Under the pieces are notes generated by a model. It was not told the DNA's origin. It did no database searches and saw only the letters and a program-made list of their open reading frames with translations. Shown in pieces: positions 39,991 through 50,862 of a DNA stretch of 64,000 bases (the first letter of the stretch is position 1; the number at the start of each line of letters is the position of its first letter). Made by a program: the position numbers and the translations under genes. This DNA is from Solirubrobacteraceae bacterium (GTDB lineage: Bacteria; Actinomycetota; Thermoleophilia; Solirubrobacterales; Solirubrobacteraceae): positions 3,478 through 67,477 of the forward strand of contig DASXIJ010000017.1 of the NCBI GenBank assembly GCA_036498045.1, given 5' to 3'.

Positions 39991-40452
39991 ATGTTCGTGC
40001 TCGCGCTGATCGTTGTTCCCGTCGTCGAGGTTGTCACCTTCGTCGAGGTCGCCCACGCGATCGGCTTGCTGGCCGCCCTGGTGTTGTTGCTCGGGAGCTC
40101 GATCGCGGGAATCCAGCTTCTGCGCGTCGAGGGGCGCGCGGCGATCGCGCAGGTGTCGCTCGCCGTATCGCAAGGTCGCCCAGCGGGGGCTGCCGCGGTC
40201 GACGGCGCGCTCGGATTCATCGGCGCAGCGCTGCTCGCCGTTCCGGGGTTCGTCACCGCGGCGGTTGGAATCTTGTTGTTGTTGCGCCCGACACGTGCGC
40301 TTGTGCGCGACCGGATGTCGCGGGGGTTCGCGCGTCGGGCGATGAGCTTCGCGGCCACGACCAATCGCTTTGCGCCCGGGGCACGCCAGCGCCCGCACGC
40401 CGACGTCGAGTCGACGGCGGTCGAGCACGATGCCGACGAGCTCGGCCGGTGA
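39991..40452 (+). CDS. FxsA-family membrane protein
   Basis: VPVVE, LL..PGFVT..VG.LLL..P.R. Confidence 0.85.
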   Translation: MFVLALIVVPVVEVVTFVEVAHAIGLLAALVLLLGSSIAGIQLLRVEGRAAIAQVSLAVSQGRPAGAAAVDGALGFIGAALLAVPGFVTAAVGILLLLRPTRALVRDRMSRGFARRAMSFAATTNRFAPGARQRPHADVESTAVEHDADELGR

Positions 40453-40493
40453 GGCGAACGTCGGCGCGCGGCCTGCCGCGCTGGGACTAGACG

Positions 40494-41405
40494 GTGGCCG
40501 ACCGGGGAGACATCGACTTCACGTACTCGCTGACCGACCGCGTGTTTCGCCTGAGCATGGGCGAGCTGGCCGACTTCAGCGGCGCGAAGTACGACGGCGA
40601 CTTCTCGCTGACGCTCGAGCAGGCCCAGCGGCGCAAGCACGAGTACATCGCCGAGCAGATCGGCCTCGCGCCCGGGCGGCGCGTGATCGACATCGGCTGC
40701 GGCTGGGGGGCGCTGCTGGACTTCGTCCGCCGCCAGGGGGGCGTCGGGGTCGGTGTGACGCTCTCATCGGCGCAGCTGGCGGCGTGTCGTCGCCACGGCC
40801 TCGACGTGCATCTGTTCGACGGCCGTGAACTGACGCGCGAGCGGTTCGGCGCGTTCGACGCCGTAGTCAGCCTCGGTGCGTTCGAGCACTTCTGCTCGCC
40901 CGACGACTACCGCGCGGGGCGCCAGGAGGATCTCTATCGCTCGATCTTCGAGCGGCTCGCGAGCGTGCTGCCCCAGGGCGGGCGTCTGTACCTGCAGACG
41001 ATGGTCTACGGACGCAGGATGATCTCGCCCGAGGAGGCCGTCGCGGCGCTCGAGCAGCTACCGCCGAAGGACACCGACGCGTGGTATCTCGCGCTGCTCT
41101 CGCGTCAGTTCCCGGGATCGTGGCTGCCGTGGGGACAGGAGCAGGTCGTGCGGTGCGCCGAGCCGGCCTTCAGCCTGGTGTCGAGCGTCAGTGGTCGCCT
41201 GGACTACATCGAGACGATCACTCAATGGAACGCGCGGATCGGACGGCGCAGCGTGCGCAAGTCGCTGCTCAAGCTGGCGCTCGTTCCGCGCTATCTGACC
41301 AGCCCTGACTTCCGGCTCGCGTTCGCATCCGGCGTCAGCGCCAACAAGGTGTGCTTCGAACGCGAGCTGCTCGACCACTACCGGCTGGTGTTCGAGAAGC
41401 GCTAG
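40494..41405 (+). CDS. Cyclopropane-fatty-acid synthase-like SAM methyltransferase
   Basis: TLEQAQ..K, DIGCGWG, GVTLS..Q, SLGAFEHF, FPG. Confidence 0.85.
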   Translation: MADRGDIDFTYSLTDRVFRLSMGELADFSGAKYDGDFSLTLEQAQRRKHEYIAEQIGLAPGRRVIDIGCGWGALLDFVRRQGGVGVGVTLSSAQLAACRRHGLDVHLFDGRELTRERFGAFDAVVSLGAFEHFCSPDDYRAGRQEDLYRSIFERLASVLPQGGRLYLQTMVYGRRMISPEEAVAALEQLPPKDTDAWYLALLSRQFPGSWLPWGQEQVVRCAEPAFSLVSSVSGRLDYIETITQWNARIGRRSVRKSLLKLALVPRYLTSPDFRLAFASGVSANKVCFERELLDHYRLVFEKR

Positions 41406-41445
41406 CCAACGCGCCGGCGCTCGCCCAGCGCGTCTGAGCCGTCGC

Positions 41446-42531
41446 TCAGGTCCGCGCCGAGCGGCGAACGTGCCCGAAGGAGACCAGGCGCTTGGCGTCC
41501 TCGTCCCACAGCTTCAGCGTCACCGCGCGAGCGCCATCCCACAGCGACAGCGTCGGCACCGCCTGCAGCATCGGATTCTCGTCGTGCGCCCGCTGCAGGT
41601 TGTAGTTGGGGATCCGCGCGCTGAGGTGGTGGACGTGGTGGTAGCCGATGTTGCCGCTGCAGAACTGCAGCACGCGCGGGAGCTTCAGGAACGAGCTGCC
41701 CTTCAGCGCGGCGTCGGCGTAGCTCCAGCTCTCGCCGTTCTCCCAGTAGGCGTCCTCGAACTGATGCTGGACGTAGAACAGCCAGATGCCGGCCGAGCCG
41801 GCGAGCAGCGCCGGCAAACCGCAGACGACGAGGTAGTCCTGCCAGCCGATCAGCCAGCAGACACCGCCGACGAGCAGCGCGAGCGCGGCGTTCGTCCACA
41901 AGACGCTGCGGCGCATTCGCGGGCGCGCGCCCTTGGCGACGATCCGCGGCCCGATCATCATCGCGACGATCGGCCCGATCCCGAACATCACGAGCGGGTT
42001 GCGCAGCAGCCTGTAGCCGATCCGGCCGCGCGGAGACAGCGCTGCATATTCGCCGACGGTCAACGTCCGCACGTCGCCGACGCCGCGCCGCTCGAGGTCG
42101 CCCGAGGTCGCGTGATGGACGGCGTGGTCGTGCTTCCAGCGCAAGAACGGCGAGTACAGCAGCAGCCCGGTTGCCATCCCGATCCACGCGTTCAGACGCT
42201 TGGATTTCACGAACGAGCCGTGCGAGCAGTCGTGGAACACGATGAACGTGCGAACGAGGAACGCGGCGGTCGGAAAGGCGAGCGCGACCACGAGGAGGTC
42301 CGAGACACGGAGTGCCAGGTACATCGCGAATGACAGCGCGAGGTAGGGAACGACCGAAGTCGCGAGGGTCCACATCGCGCGGCCGTCGTGCGCCTTGGCG
42401 TAAGGCGCGAGCAGTTCGTGCAACGCGCGATCGCTGGTTTCGTCGGCGCCCGCGGACGGGTCTTCGGATTGAAACTGGGGCGAGCTGGCTACGGCGGGCA
42501 CGGCCGCGCCTTGCGGTGCGATGGAACCCAA
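41446..42531 (-). CDS. Membrane fatty acid desaturase (Bacillus Des-like)
   Basis: His boxes HDCSH, HDHAVHH, YHHVHH; WLFYVQHQFE; TTG 42531 after AAGGGGG (start uncertain). Confidence 0.92.
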   Translation of the reverse strand: MGSIAPQGAAVPAVASSPQFQSEDPSAGADETSDRALHELLAPYAKAHDGRAMWTLATSVVPYLALSFAMYLALRVSDLLVVALAFPTAAFLVRTFIVFHDCSHGSFVKSKRLNAWIGMATGLLLYSPFLRWKHDHAVHHATSGDLERRGVGDVRTLTVGEYAALSPRGRIGYRLLRNPLVMFGIGPIVAMMIGPRIVAKGARPRMRRSVLWTNAALALLVGGVCWLIGWQDYLVVCGLPALLAGSAGIWLFYVQHQFEDAYWENGESWSYADAALKGSSFLKLPRVLQFCSGNIGYHHVHHLSARIPNYNLQRAHDENPMLQAVPTLSLWDGARAVTLKLWDEDAKRLVSFGHVRRSART

Positions 42532-42747
42532 TGGTCCCCCTTTCATAGGCCGCCCCGAATGGGCAGCCACAGAGTCACATTGGAGAATACTCGTGGCGGG
42601 GACGGAGCGACGCCGGTTCGCTGCGGATTCGACCAATGTCCGAGGCCGGGCGACCCCGGGCGACCCCGCGTGCCAGCGCGGCTGAGTCCAGGTACGCTGA
42701 GCGAGCACGCTCCGGCCGTCGGCCGGGTCGAGCTCTGAGGAGGAGCC

Positions 42748-43182
42748 ATGCGCACGCCAACCCTGTTTCGCGATCGGCCGCGGCCGTTTCAGATCGTCGC
42801 CGGCGGTTTCGTGCCGTTGCTGTTCGGCAGCATCGTCGGGGTCGTGCTGGGCGTCTCAGCCGGTGGCTACTGGGGGCTGTCTGTGCTCGCAGCGATCGGC
42901 GGCGTGCTCGCCGGGCTCGAGCACCAGGACGGCTGGGGTGGCGCCGACCGCGGGCTCGTCGGCGGCGCGCTGTTCGGCCTCGGCGTGCTCCTCGCGCACG
43001 CGATCGCCGGAACGACCGCAAAGGTCTCCCTCGGCGGGTTCCCGCCGCTGTTGATCGTGATCGACGCGATCGCCGGCATGTTCCTCGGTGCGCTCGGCGG
43101 GCGCATCGCGCGCGCCCTGCGCGAGCGCTCAGGCGAGTCGCTCGATGATGAGCCGCTCGCCGACGAGGCGCTGCTCGACTAG
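42748..43182 (+). CDS. Gly-rich 4-TM membrane protein, function unknown
   Basis: Hydrophobic Gly-rich helices; GAGGAGGAG RBS. Confidence 0.75.
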   Translation: MRTPTLFRDRPRPFQIVAGGFVPLLFGSIVGVVLGVSAGGYWGLSVLAAIGGVLAGLEHQDGWGGADRGLVGGALFGLGVLLAHAIAGTTAKVSLGGFPPLLIVIDAIAGMFLGALGGRIARALRERSGESLDDEPLADEALLD

Positions 43183-43724
43183 CTCGGCTCCGCCGGCGGG
43201 TCGCCACCACCGCCAAGCGCGCGTTGCATCCACGCGACGTCGTGCCACGCGCCGTGCTTGAAGCCGATCCGCCGGTACGTGCCGACCGGCTCGAAGCCGA
43301 GCGCACGGTGCAGCGCGCCGCTCGCGTCGTTGGGGAGCGTCATGCCGGCGACGGCGACGCGGTAGCCGCGCTCGGCCAGCAGGCGCAGCAGCGCTTCGTA
43401 GAGCATCCTGCCGGCGCCGGTGCGGCGGCGGCCGACCTCCACGTACACGCTGACCTCGCACGCCCAGCGGTAGGCGGCGCGCGCGTTGAACGCGCCGCCG
43501 TAGGCGTAGCCGACGACGCGTCCGTCGTCTTCGAGCACGAGCCACGCGTGGCGCTGCAGCGCCGCGTTGATCCGCTCGGCCATCTGCTCCGGCGACGGCG
43601 GGTCGGCCTCGAACGTGATCGCGGTGTCGGTCACGTACGGCTGATAGATCGCCGCGCACGCGGCTGCGTCGCGGGCGGTCGCTTCGCGAACGCGCAGCAT
43701 GTGAGACGAAGCCGAGGCCCCCAT
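43179..43724 (-). CDS. GNAT, phosphinothricin acetyltransferase/YncA-like
   Basis: AITFE, GYAY, R.AY, SVYV, PNDAS..LH..LGF, GFKHGAWHDV. Confidence 0.9.
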   Translation of the reverse strand: MGASASSHMLRVREATARDAAACAAIYQPYVTDTAITFEADPPSPEQMAERINAALQRHAWLVLEDDGRVVGYAYGGAFNARAAYRWACEVSVYVEVGRRRTGAGRMLYEALLRLLAERGYRVAVAGMTLPNDASGALHRALGFEPVGTYRRIGFKHGAWHDVAWMQRALGGGGDPPAEPS

Positions 43725-43797
43725 CGCCTCATCCTCTCAAGCGTCTAGATCGCGCGAGGTAAGGCGGCGAGGCGGTCGGCTGAGCCGACCCGCTCAG

Positions 43798-44331
43798 CTA
43801 CGCGATCGTGTACACAATCGAGACTTGCGCGGTCAGCGTGCAGCTCCCGGCAGTCGCCTTGTGGGCGGCCGGCGACTTGCGCTTCTTGCGTTTGACCCGC
43901 TGCACCGGACGAGCTGCCGGCGCGCGCAACGGCGCCGCGACTCCCGCGACCACGCCGGGCCGTGGCGCCGATCCGAAGTCGGGCTGTTCTCCTTCGTATT
44001 CGGCGTAGCCCGTTTCGCCGCCTCCACGACAGGAGATGTAGCCGCCTTCTTCGGCGACGGTCTGCACAGGCCCGAGCGAGGCACTGACCTTGCCGGCGAG
44101 GAAGCTCGCCTTGCTCTGGCCGTCGCCAACGGCGGCGGCCATCGCTTCGCGGTAGACGGCGGTTGCAGCCTGGACATTGTCGTTCTGCCCGATCGGCAGG
44201 TTGGCGACGCCCTGCACGGCGATCGTGCGCAGCGGCGTCACGGTGGGCGCTTCGGCGACTGCGACCCCGAGCATGCTCGCGGCGAACAGCACCACCGCCA
44301 CCGCCACCGTCGTTGTGAACGCCAGCTTCAC
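43798..44331 (-). CDS. Secreted SIMPL(DUF541)-like protein
   Basis: Signal peptide, RTIAVQG, AMAAAV.D...KA..LA......LG, TLTAQVSIVY; GGAGG RBS. Confidence 0.6.
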   Translation of the reverse strand: MKLAFTTTVAVAVVLFAASMLGVAVAEAPTVTPLRTIAVQGVANLPIGQNDNVQAATAVYREAMAAAVGDGQSKASFLAGKVSASLGPVQTVAEEGGYISCRGGGETGYAEYEGEQPDFGSAPRPGVVAGVAAPLRAPAARPVQRVKRKKRKSPAAHKATAGSCTLTAQVSIVYTIA

Positions 44332-44414
44332 CGAGCCTCCCGGATCGTGCTGCAAGCTGCGACGAACGAGTTCAGCGTACCGCCGATCGGTCGCGAGTCC
44401 TATCGTGGTGGACG

Positions 44415-44864
44415 ATGAGCGCCACGCTCGAGCTGGACCGTTTCGTGCTCGCGCAGGAGGACGCGGGCACGTATGCGCGCGCGGTCGCGGAGCTGCGCGC
44501 CGGGCGCAAGCGCAGTCACTGGATGTGGTTCGTGTTCCCGCAGGTCGCCGGTCTCGGCGCGAGCGCGATGTCGCAGCGCTACGCGATCGCGTCGATCGAC
44601 GAGGCGAGGGCGTACCTGGAGCACCCGGTGCTCGGCACGCGGCTGCTCGAGTGCGCCCGGATCGTCAGCGAGCTGCAGGTGGCCAGCGCTCAGGATGTGT
44701 TCGGCGCGGTCGACACGCTCAAGCTGCACTCCTCGATGACGTTGTTCGCGCGCGCGGCGCAGGAGGAGCAGACGCCGTGTCACGACGTCCTCGCGAGGTA
44801 CTTCGACGGGGCGCGCGACGCGGCCACCGAACGGATCCTGGACCTCGGCCCGGCGCCGAGCTAG
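44415..44864 (+). CDS. DUF1810-family protein
   Basis: [43 protein letters not shown]. Confidence 0.92.
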   Translation: MSATLELDRFVLAQEDAGTYARAVAELRAGRKRSHWMWFVFPQVAGLGASAMSQRYAIASIDEARAYLEHPVLGTRLLECARIVSELQVASAQDVFGAVDTLKLHSSMTLFARAAQEEQTPCHDVLARYFDGARDAATERILDLGPAPS

Positions 44865-44979
44865 GGCGGACGGCGCAGCGTCACGTCGCGTGGACCGGGT
44901 CGCGGGCGCGGGCGCGTTCGTATCGTGGCCTGGCGGAAGGACGAGGCAGGGGAAATCGCGAGGAAAGGCTGGACAAGCG

Positions 44980-45969
<990 letters not shown>

Positions 45970-45975
45970 GACCGC

Positions 45976-46006
45976 GGACGCCGGCGCGAGCGGCGCGCCG
46001 GCGTCC
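45976..46006. terminator. Hairpin between convergent genes
   Basis: GGACGCCGGCGCG-agcgg-CGCGCCGGCGTCC perfect 13-bp stem. Confidence 0.6.
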
Positions 46007-46008
46007 CG

Positions 46009-46482
46009 CTACTGCTGCGGCTGATGTTCGGCGAAGGCCTTGCGCCCGAGCTCGGGGTCGACGCCAAAACGCTCTGCGTAGCGCTCGTGCGCCGCGGGCC
46101 ACTCGCGCAGGGACTCGCTCTCGCCGATCGGCTGTCCCGCGAGCAGCGCGTCGAAGCGCGCGAAGCATCGGTCCCACCCGGCGCCGTCGCGCGCGGCCTT
46201 CTCGCCTTGAGCGAAGGAGTGGCTGAAGCTGAGCACGCAGCCGTGGCCGTCGGGGCGGAGCTCGAAGCGCAGCTCGTCGCCGAACCACGTCCCACGCAGC
46301 AGGCGCGGCTCGTCGCGCTCGAGCACGTGCAGGGGCTCCCCCTGCGGAAACCAGTGGCGCAGCTCGTCGGGGTCGGTGATCGCGCGCCAGACGCGCTCGG
46401 GCGGATGGTCGTAGCGGCGCTGCAGGCGCAGCGTCGCGCCGTCGGGGCGCCGATCGAGGGTAAGCGGTGTCGGATCGTTCAT
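46009..46482 (-). CDS. SRPBCC-domain protein
   Basis: R.Y.HPPERVWRAITDP.EL..WFP, AGW; ATG overlaps the arsR stop. Confidence 0.88.
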   Translation of the reverse strand: MNDPTPLTLDRRPDGATLRLQRRYDHPPERVWRAITDPDELRHWFPQGEPLHVLERDEPRLLRGTWFGDELRFELRPDGHGCVLSFSHSFAQGEKAARDGAGWDRCFARFDALLAGQPIGESESLREWPAAHERYAERFGVDPELGRKAFAEHQPQQ

Positions 46483-46784
46483 GCCGGGTTCTCCTCCAGA
46501 TGGGTTTCGAGCGCGTCGAGACGTCCGGACCAGTACTCGCGGTAGGGCAGCAGCCACTCGTCGAGCTCGGCTAGCGGCTGCGCGCGCAGGCCGTACCAGC
46601 GCTGCTTGCCGTCGGGGCGGACGTCGACGAGCCCGGCGTCGCGGAGCACCTTGAGGTGCTTGGAGACGCCGGGCTGGCTCAGCCCGATCCGACCGACGAG
46701 CTCGCCGACCGAGCGCTCGCCCGCTCGCAGCAGGTCAAGGATCTGGCGGCGGTGGGGCTCTGCGACGGCCGTGTAAGCGGTCAC
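46479..46784 (-). CDS. ArsR/SmtB-family regulator
   Basis: AVAEPHRRQILDLL, SQPGVSKHLKVLR.AGLV. Confidence 0.93.
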   Translation of the reverse strand: MTAYTAVAEPHRRQILDLLRAGERSVGELVGRIGLSQPGVSKHLKVLRDAGLVDVRPDGKQRWYGLRAQPLAELDEWLLPYREYWSGRLDALETHLEENPA

Positions 46785-46790
46785 GCAGAA

Positions 46791-46812
46791 CATATTACCA
46801 GATAGGAATATG
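46791..46812. promoter_or_regulatory. Putative ArsR operator overlapping the -10
   Basis: CATATT-N10-AATATG inverted repeat; TAATAT (minus strand) 7 nt before GTG. Confidence 0.6.
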
Positions 46813-46968
46813 AATCGATGAGAAGACGGCGGCGACTGCCTGCGCAGCGCCGCACGGCGACTCGACCTCGCGGGGCGGATCGGGGCGGGCGGCGGCGCTG
46901 GTTCGTGGCGCGGCCGCTTGCGCCCGCACGCAAGCGCCGGCCGGGCGCGGGTGGAATACTTGGACGCC

Positions 46969-48021
46969 GTGCCCTACAACGCCGAGCTCGGGCCGACGCG
47001 GTACCTGGCGGCGGACGACCGCTACGAGGCGATGCCGTATCGGCGCTGTGGACGCAGCGGGCTGCAGCTGCCGGCCATCTCGCTCGGGCTGTGGCAGAAC
47101 TTCGGCGACGATCGCCCGTTGCGCGACAGCCGCGCGATCCTTCGGCGCGCGTTCGATCTGGGGATCACGCACTTCGACCTGGCCAACAACTACGGCCCGC
47201 CGTACGGCAGCGCCGAGCTGAACTTCGGACGGATCTTCGCCGAGGACCTCGCGCCGTACCGCGAGGAGCTCGTGATCTCGACGAAGGCCGGCTATGACAT
47301 GTGGCCGGGCCCGTACGGCGAGTGGGGCTCGCGCAAGTACCTGCTCGGCAGCCTCGACCAGAGCCTCGCGCGGATGCGCGTCGAGCACGTCGACATCTTC
47401 TACTCGCACCGGTTCGATCCAAGGACGCCGCTGCGCGAGACGATGGGCGCGCTCGACTACGCCGTGCGCAGCGGCAAGGCGCGCTACGTCGGGATCTCCT
47501 CGTACGGGCCTCAGCGCACGAAAGAGGCCGTGGACGTGCTGCGCGAGCTCGGCACGCCGCTTTTGATCCACCAGCCGTCGTACTCGATGCTCAATCGGTG
47601 GATCGAGCCCGAGCTGCTCGACCTGCTCCAGCGCGACGGCATCGGCGCGATCGTCTTCTCGCCGCTCGCGCAGGGGATGCTCACCGACCGCTACCTCGAC
47701 GGCGTGCCCGCGGATTCGCGCGTGCGACGCGGCAACTACTTCTCCGAGGACATGCTCAGCGAGCAGAACCTCGAACACGTCCGCGCGCTCAACGAGATCG
47801 CCAAACGCCGCGGGCAGTCGCTCGCGCAGCTGGCGATCGTGTGGGCGCTGCGCGACGAGCGCGTCACGTCGGCGCTGCTCGGCGCGAGCAGCGTCAACCA
47901 GCTCGAGCAGAACGTGGCCGCGCTGGAGCACCCCGACTTCGACGCCGACGAGCTCGCCGAGATCGACCGGCACGCCGAGGAGGGCGGGGTCAACCTGTGG
48001 GCGCAGTCGAGCGGCGCGTGA
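46969..48021 (+). CDS. Aldo/keto reductase, YghZ/Gpr-like (L-glyceraldehyde-3-phosphate reductase)
   Basis: YRRCGRSGL.LPAISLGLWQNFG, HFDLANNYGPPYGSAE, STKAGYDMWPGPYG. Confidence 0.93.
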   Translation: MPYNAELGPTRYLAADDRYEAMPYRRCGRSGLQLPAISLGLWQNFGDDRPLRDSRAILRRAFDLGITHFDLANNYGPPYGSAELNFGRIFAEDLAPYREELVISTKAGYDMWPGPYGEWGSRKYLLGSLDQSLARMRVEHVDIFYSHRFDPRTPLRETMGALDYAVRSGKARYVGISSYGPQRTKEAVDVLRELGTPLLIHQPSYSMLNRWIEPELLDLLQRDGIGAIVFSPLAQGMLTDRYLDGVPADSRVRRGNYFSEDMLSEQNLEHVRALNEIAKRRGQSLAQLAIVWALRDERVTSALLGASSVNQLEQNVAALEHPDFDADELAEIDRHAEEGGVNLWAQSSGA

Positions 48022-48085
48022 GCGCGAGCGAATCGTCCAGCAGCGGGTGGCCCCAGCGAGCTCGCTCGGCGCTACGCTGGCGCGC

Positions 48086-48403
48086 GTGCGTTCGACTCCG
48101 ACAGCACCGGTCGCGGCCGGCTCGCTGATCGCGGGCTACGCCGTGGCGGTCGGCACCGGCTCGCGCCCGCTCGGCGGCGTCGTGCTCGCGGCCGGCGGCG
48201 TCTGGTGCATCCGCGAGTGGGCGCGCCGAAACGACGCGCGCACGGCCGTTGTGCTCGGCTGCGCGGGGTTCGCGGCATTCGTCCTTTCGCACGTGCTCGC
48301 GCGAGCGATCGGCGCGTGGCCCGCGGTGCTGCTCGTGTCCGCCGCGCTGGCCGTGGCGGCGTGGCTGCGCGCCGACACGCGCGTCGTCCTCGCGCGCTCG
48401 TAG
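48086..48403 (+). CDS. Small membrane protein, function unknown
   Basis: Four hydrophobic segments, SRPLGG, SH.L...IGAWPAV; TACGCT 7 nt before GTG. Confidence 0.75.
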   Translation: MRSTPTAPVAAGSLIAGYAVAVGTGSRPLGGVVLAAGGVWCIREWARRNDARTAVVLGCAGFAAFVLSHVLARAIGAWPAVLLVSAALAVAAWLRADTRVVLARS

Positions 48404-48406
48404 CGT

Positions 48407-48461
48407 TCTCAGCAAGTTCCCAGCTTTCTGCCCACGCGCTCTCACGCCGCGGCGCGATGAT
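48407..48461 (+). promoter_or_regulatory. Response-regulator box 1 plus -10-like hexamer
   Basis: TCTCAG-caagt-TCCCAG, then 32 nt, then GATGAT. Confidence 0.65.
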
Positions 48462-48506
48462 GCTCGCGACAGCTGAGAACCGATCGCGCGCATCACCACG
48501 AAATCG

Positions 48507-49226
48507 ATGACCACCGACAGCACGACACCCGACGCGGCGAACGGCACGCGCGTGCTGGTCGTCGACGACGAGCCGAACATCGCCGAGGTCGTCACGATGG
48601 CCCTGCGCTTCAACGGCTTCACCGTCGAGACCGCGGCATCCGGACGCCAGGCGCTCGCGGCGGTGAGCAGCTTCAAACCCCACCTGATGGTGCTCGACGT
48701 GATGCTGGGAGACATGGAGGGCTTCGACGTCGCTGCGCGCCTGGGCGCCCAGCGGGCCGGGCTGCCGATCATCTTCTTGACCGCACGCGACACCACCGAG
48801 GACAAGCTGCGCGGCCTGACCGGCGGGGGCGACGACTACATGACCAAGCCGTTCAGCCTCGAGGAGCTCGTCGCGCGGATTCGCACGATCCTGCGCCGGG
48901 TCGGGCAGGCGGACGCCGAGTCGGTCCGCCTGGTGTTCGAGGATCTCGAGCTCGACGAGGAGTCCCACGAGGTCACGCGCGCTGGGGAGCAGATCGAGCT
49001 GACCGCCACCGAATACCGGCTGCTGCGCTACCTGATGCTCAACCCCCGCCGCGTGATGACGCGCGCGCAGCTGCTCGATCACGTGTGGAACTACGACTTC
49101 GGCGGCGACGGGCGCGTGCTGGAGACGTACATCAGCTATCTGCGCAAGAAGCTCGACGCGCATGGGCCGTCGCTGATCCGGACGGTGCGCGGCGTCGGCT
49201 ACGCGCTGCAGGCGCCCAAGCGTTGA
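48507..49226 (+). CDS. OmpR/PhoP-family response regulator (actinobacterial PhoP/TrcR-like)
   Basis: VLVVDDE, LDVM, FLTARD, DDYMTKPF, VLETYISYLRKK, TVRGVGY. Confidence 0.96.
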   Translation: MTTDSTTPDAANGTRVLVVDDEPNIAEVVTMALRFNGFTVETAASGRQALAAVSSFKPHLMVLDVMLGDMEGFDVAARLGAQRAGLPIIFLTARDTTEDKLRGLTGGGDDYMTKPFSLEELVARIRTILRRVGQADAESVRLVFEDLELDEESHEVTRAGEQIELTATEYRLLRYLMLNPRRVMTRAQLLDHVWNYDFGGDGRVLETYISYLRKKLDAHGPSLIRTVRGVGYALQAPKR

Positions 49227-50716
49227 TGTCGTCACTGCGCGCGCGCGTGCTGGCGAGCGTGCTCGTGCTCGCCGCCGCCGGGCTGATCGCGCTCGCGGCC
49301 GTGACGTATGCCGAGCAGCGATCGTTCCTGCTCGGACGCGTCGATCAGGAGGCGACGGCCGCGCGCGTCGCGCTGTCGCAGCTGCTCGACAACGAGGGGT
49401 TTCGTCCGTCCGGCCCTGGCCCGCTCGCCGGCGGCGACCAGCGCTCGCCCGACGGCGGCGGCGGTGGTCCGACGGGCCATGGGCGGCCCCCCGTCAGCCT
49501 TCCCCCGGGCACGTATGGGCAACGCCGCGACGCGTCCAACAGAGTGCTCGGGTCGACGCTGATCAAATACAGCCCCAACGAAGCGACGCCGGCGGCGCCG
49601 AGGATCCCGGCGAAGGTCCCGCTGAATGAGTTCTTCACGGTCGGCTCGGTCGGATCGTCGGCGCTGAGCTATCGCGCGTACGCGCAACGCGACCCCGAGG
49701 ACAGCGGGGTCACGGTGGTCGCCGTCCCGCTCAGCGACGTCAACCAGACGCTCAGCCGGTTGCTGGTGGTCGAGGCGCTCGTGATCGCCGGCGTCCTGCT
49801 GGCGTTGGGCGCGAGCGCGTTCTACGTCGTGCGCCTCGGGCTGCGCCCGCTCGATCGGATCGAGGTCACCGCCGGGCAGATCGCCGCGGGCGAGCTGTCG
49901 CGACGGGTCAGCCCGGCGACGCCGCGCACCGAGGTCGGCCGCCTTGGGCTGGCGCTCAACGCGATGCTCGAGCGGCTCGAGCAGGCGTTCGCCCAACGGC
50001 AGGCCAGCGAAGACCGGCTGCGCGAGTTCCTCGCCGACGCGTCGCACGAGCTGCGCACGCCGCTCGCGTCGATTCGCGGATACGCCGAGCTGTTTCGGAT
50101 GGGCGCCACGCGCGACGAGGCCGACATGAGGACGGCGATGCGCCGGATCGAGGACGAGTCCGAGCGGATGGGCGTGCTCGTCGATGACCTGCTCACGCTC
50201 GCGCGCCTGGATGAGGCGCCCGAGCTTGTGCGCGCTCCCGTCGACGTGGTGGTGCTCGCGCGCGACGCGGTCGAGGACGCGCACGCGATCGCGCCCGATC
50301 GTGCGATCGCGCTCGACACGCCAGCCGCGGCGGTCGTCTCGGGCGACGCGCATCGCCTGCGCCAGGTGCTCGCCAACCTGTTGCGCAACGCACTCGTGCA
50401 CACGCCGCCGGGAACGCCGATCGACGTGTCGGTCGCCGCGGACGAGCAGACGGTGACGCTGACCGTGCGCGACCACGGTCCCGGGCTGCCCGACGGCGCG
50501 CCCGAGCGCCTGTTCGATCGCTTCTGGCGCGCGGAGGGAGGGCGCGAGCGCGGCCGGGGGGGCGCCGGCCTCGGCCTGTCGATCGTCGGCACGATCGTCG
50601 ACATGCACGGCGGGCGCGTCAGCGCGGGCAACGCAGACGGCGGCGGCGCGGTGTTCGCCGTCGTGCTGCCAAAGACGCGTGAAGCCGACGGCGACGCGAC
50701 GCCGCCGCCCGCCTGA
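49226..50716 (+). CDS. HAMP-containing sensor histidine kinase
   Basis: Two TMs, HAMP, ADASHELRTPL, NLLRNA, D.GPG, FDRFWR, GAGLGL; ATG overlaps the RR stop. Confidence 0.96.
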   Translation: MSSLRARVLASVLVLAAAGLIALAAVTYAEQRSFLLGRVDQEATAARVALSQLLDNEGFRPSGPGPLAGGDQRSPDGGGGGPTGHGRPPVSLPPGTYGQRRDASNRVLGSTLIKYSPNEATPAAPRIPAKVPLNEFFTVGSVGSSALSYRAYAQRDPEDSGVTVVAVPLSDVNQTLSRLLVVEALVIAGVLLALGASAFYVVRLGLRPLDRIEVTAGQIAAGELSRRVSPATPRTEVGRLGLALNAMLERLEQAFAQRQASEDRLREFLADASHELRTPLASIRGYAELFRMGATRDEADMRTAMRRIEDESERMGVLVDDLLTLARLDEAPELVRAPVDVVVLARDAVEDAHAIAPDRAIALDTPAAAVVSGDAHRLRQVLANLLRNALVHTPPGTPIDVSVAADEQTVTLTVRDHGPGLPDGAPERLFDRFWRAEGGRERGRGGAGLGLSIVGTIVDMHGGRVSAGNADGGGAVFAVVLPKTREADGDATPPPA

Positions 50717-50771
50717 CCCCGCGCGTTGACGCGGCCCCGTCGGCCGCCGACACGCTGCGGGCGCCCCTCGG

Positions 50772-50826
50772 TCTCAGGGTTCTCTCAGGATCGCCACACG
50801 CTCGGCCCAGGCTGGTTTTCGACACT
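50772..50826 (+). promoter_or_regulatory. Response-regulator box 2 plus -10-like hexamer
   Basis: TCTCAG-ggttc-TCTCAG, then 32 nt, then GACACT. Confidence 0.75.
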
Positions 50827-50862
50827 GCAGCGAGATCGAAAACGAACCCAAGGAGCCCGACA

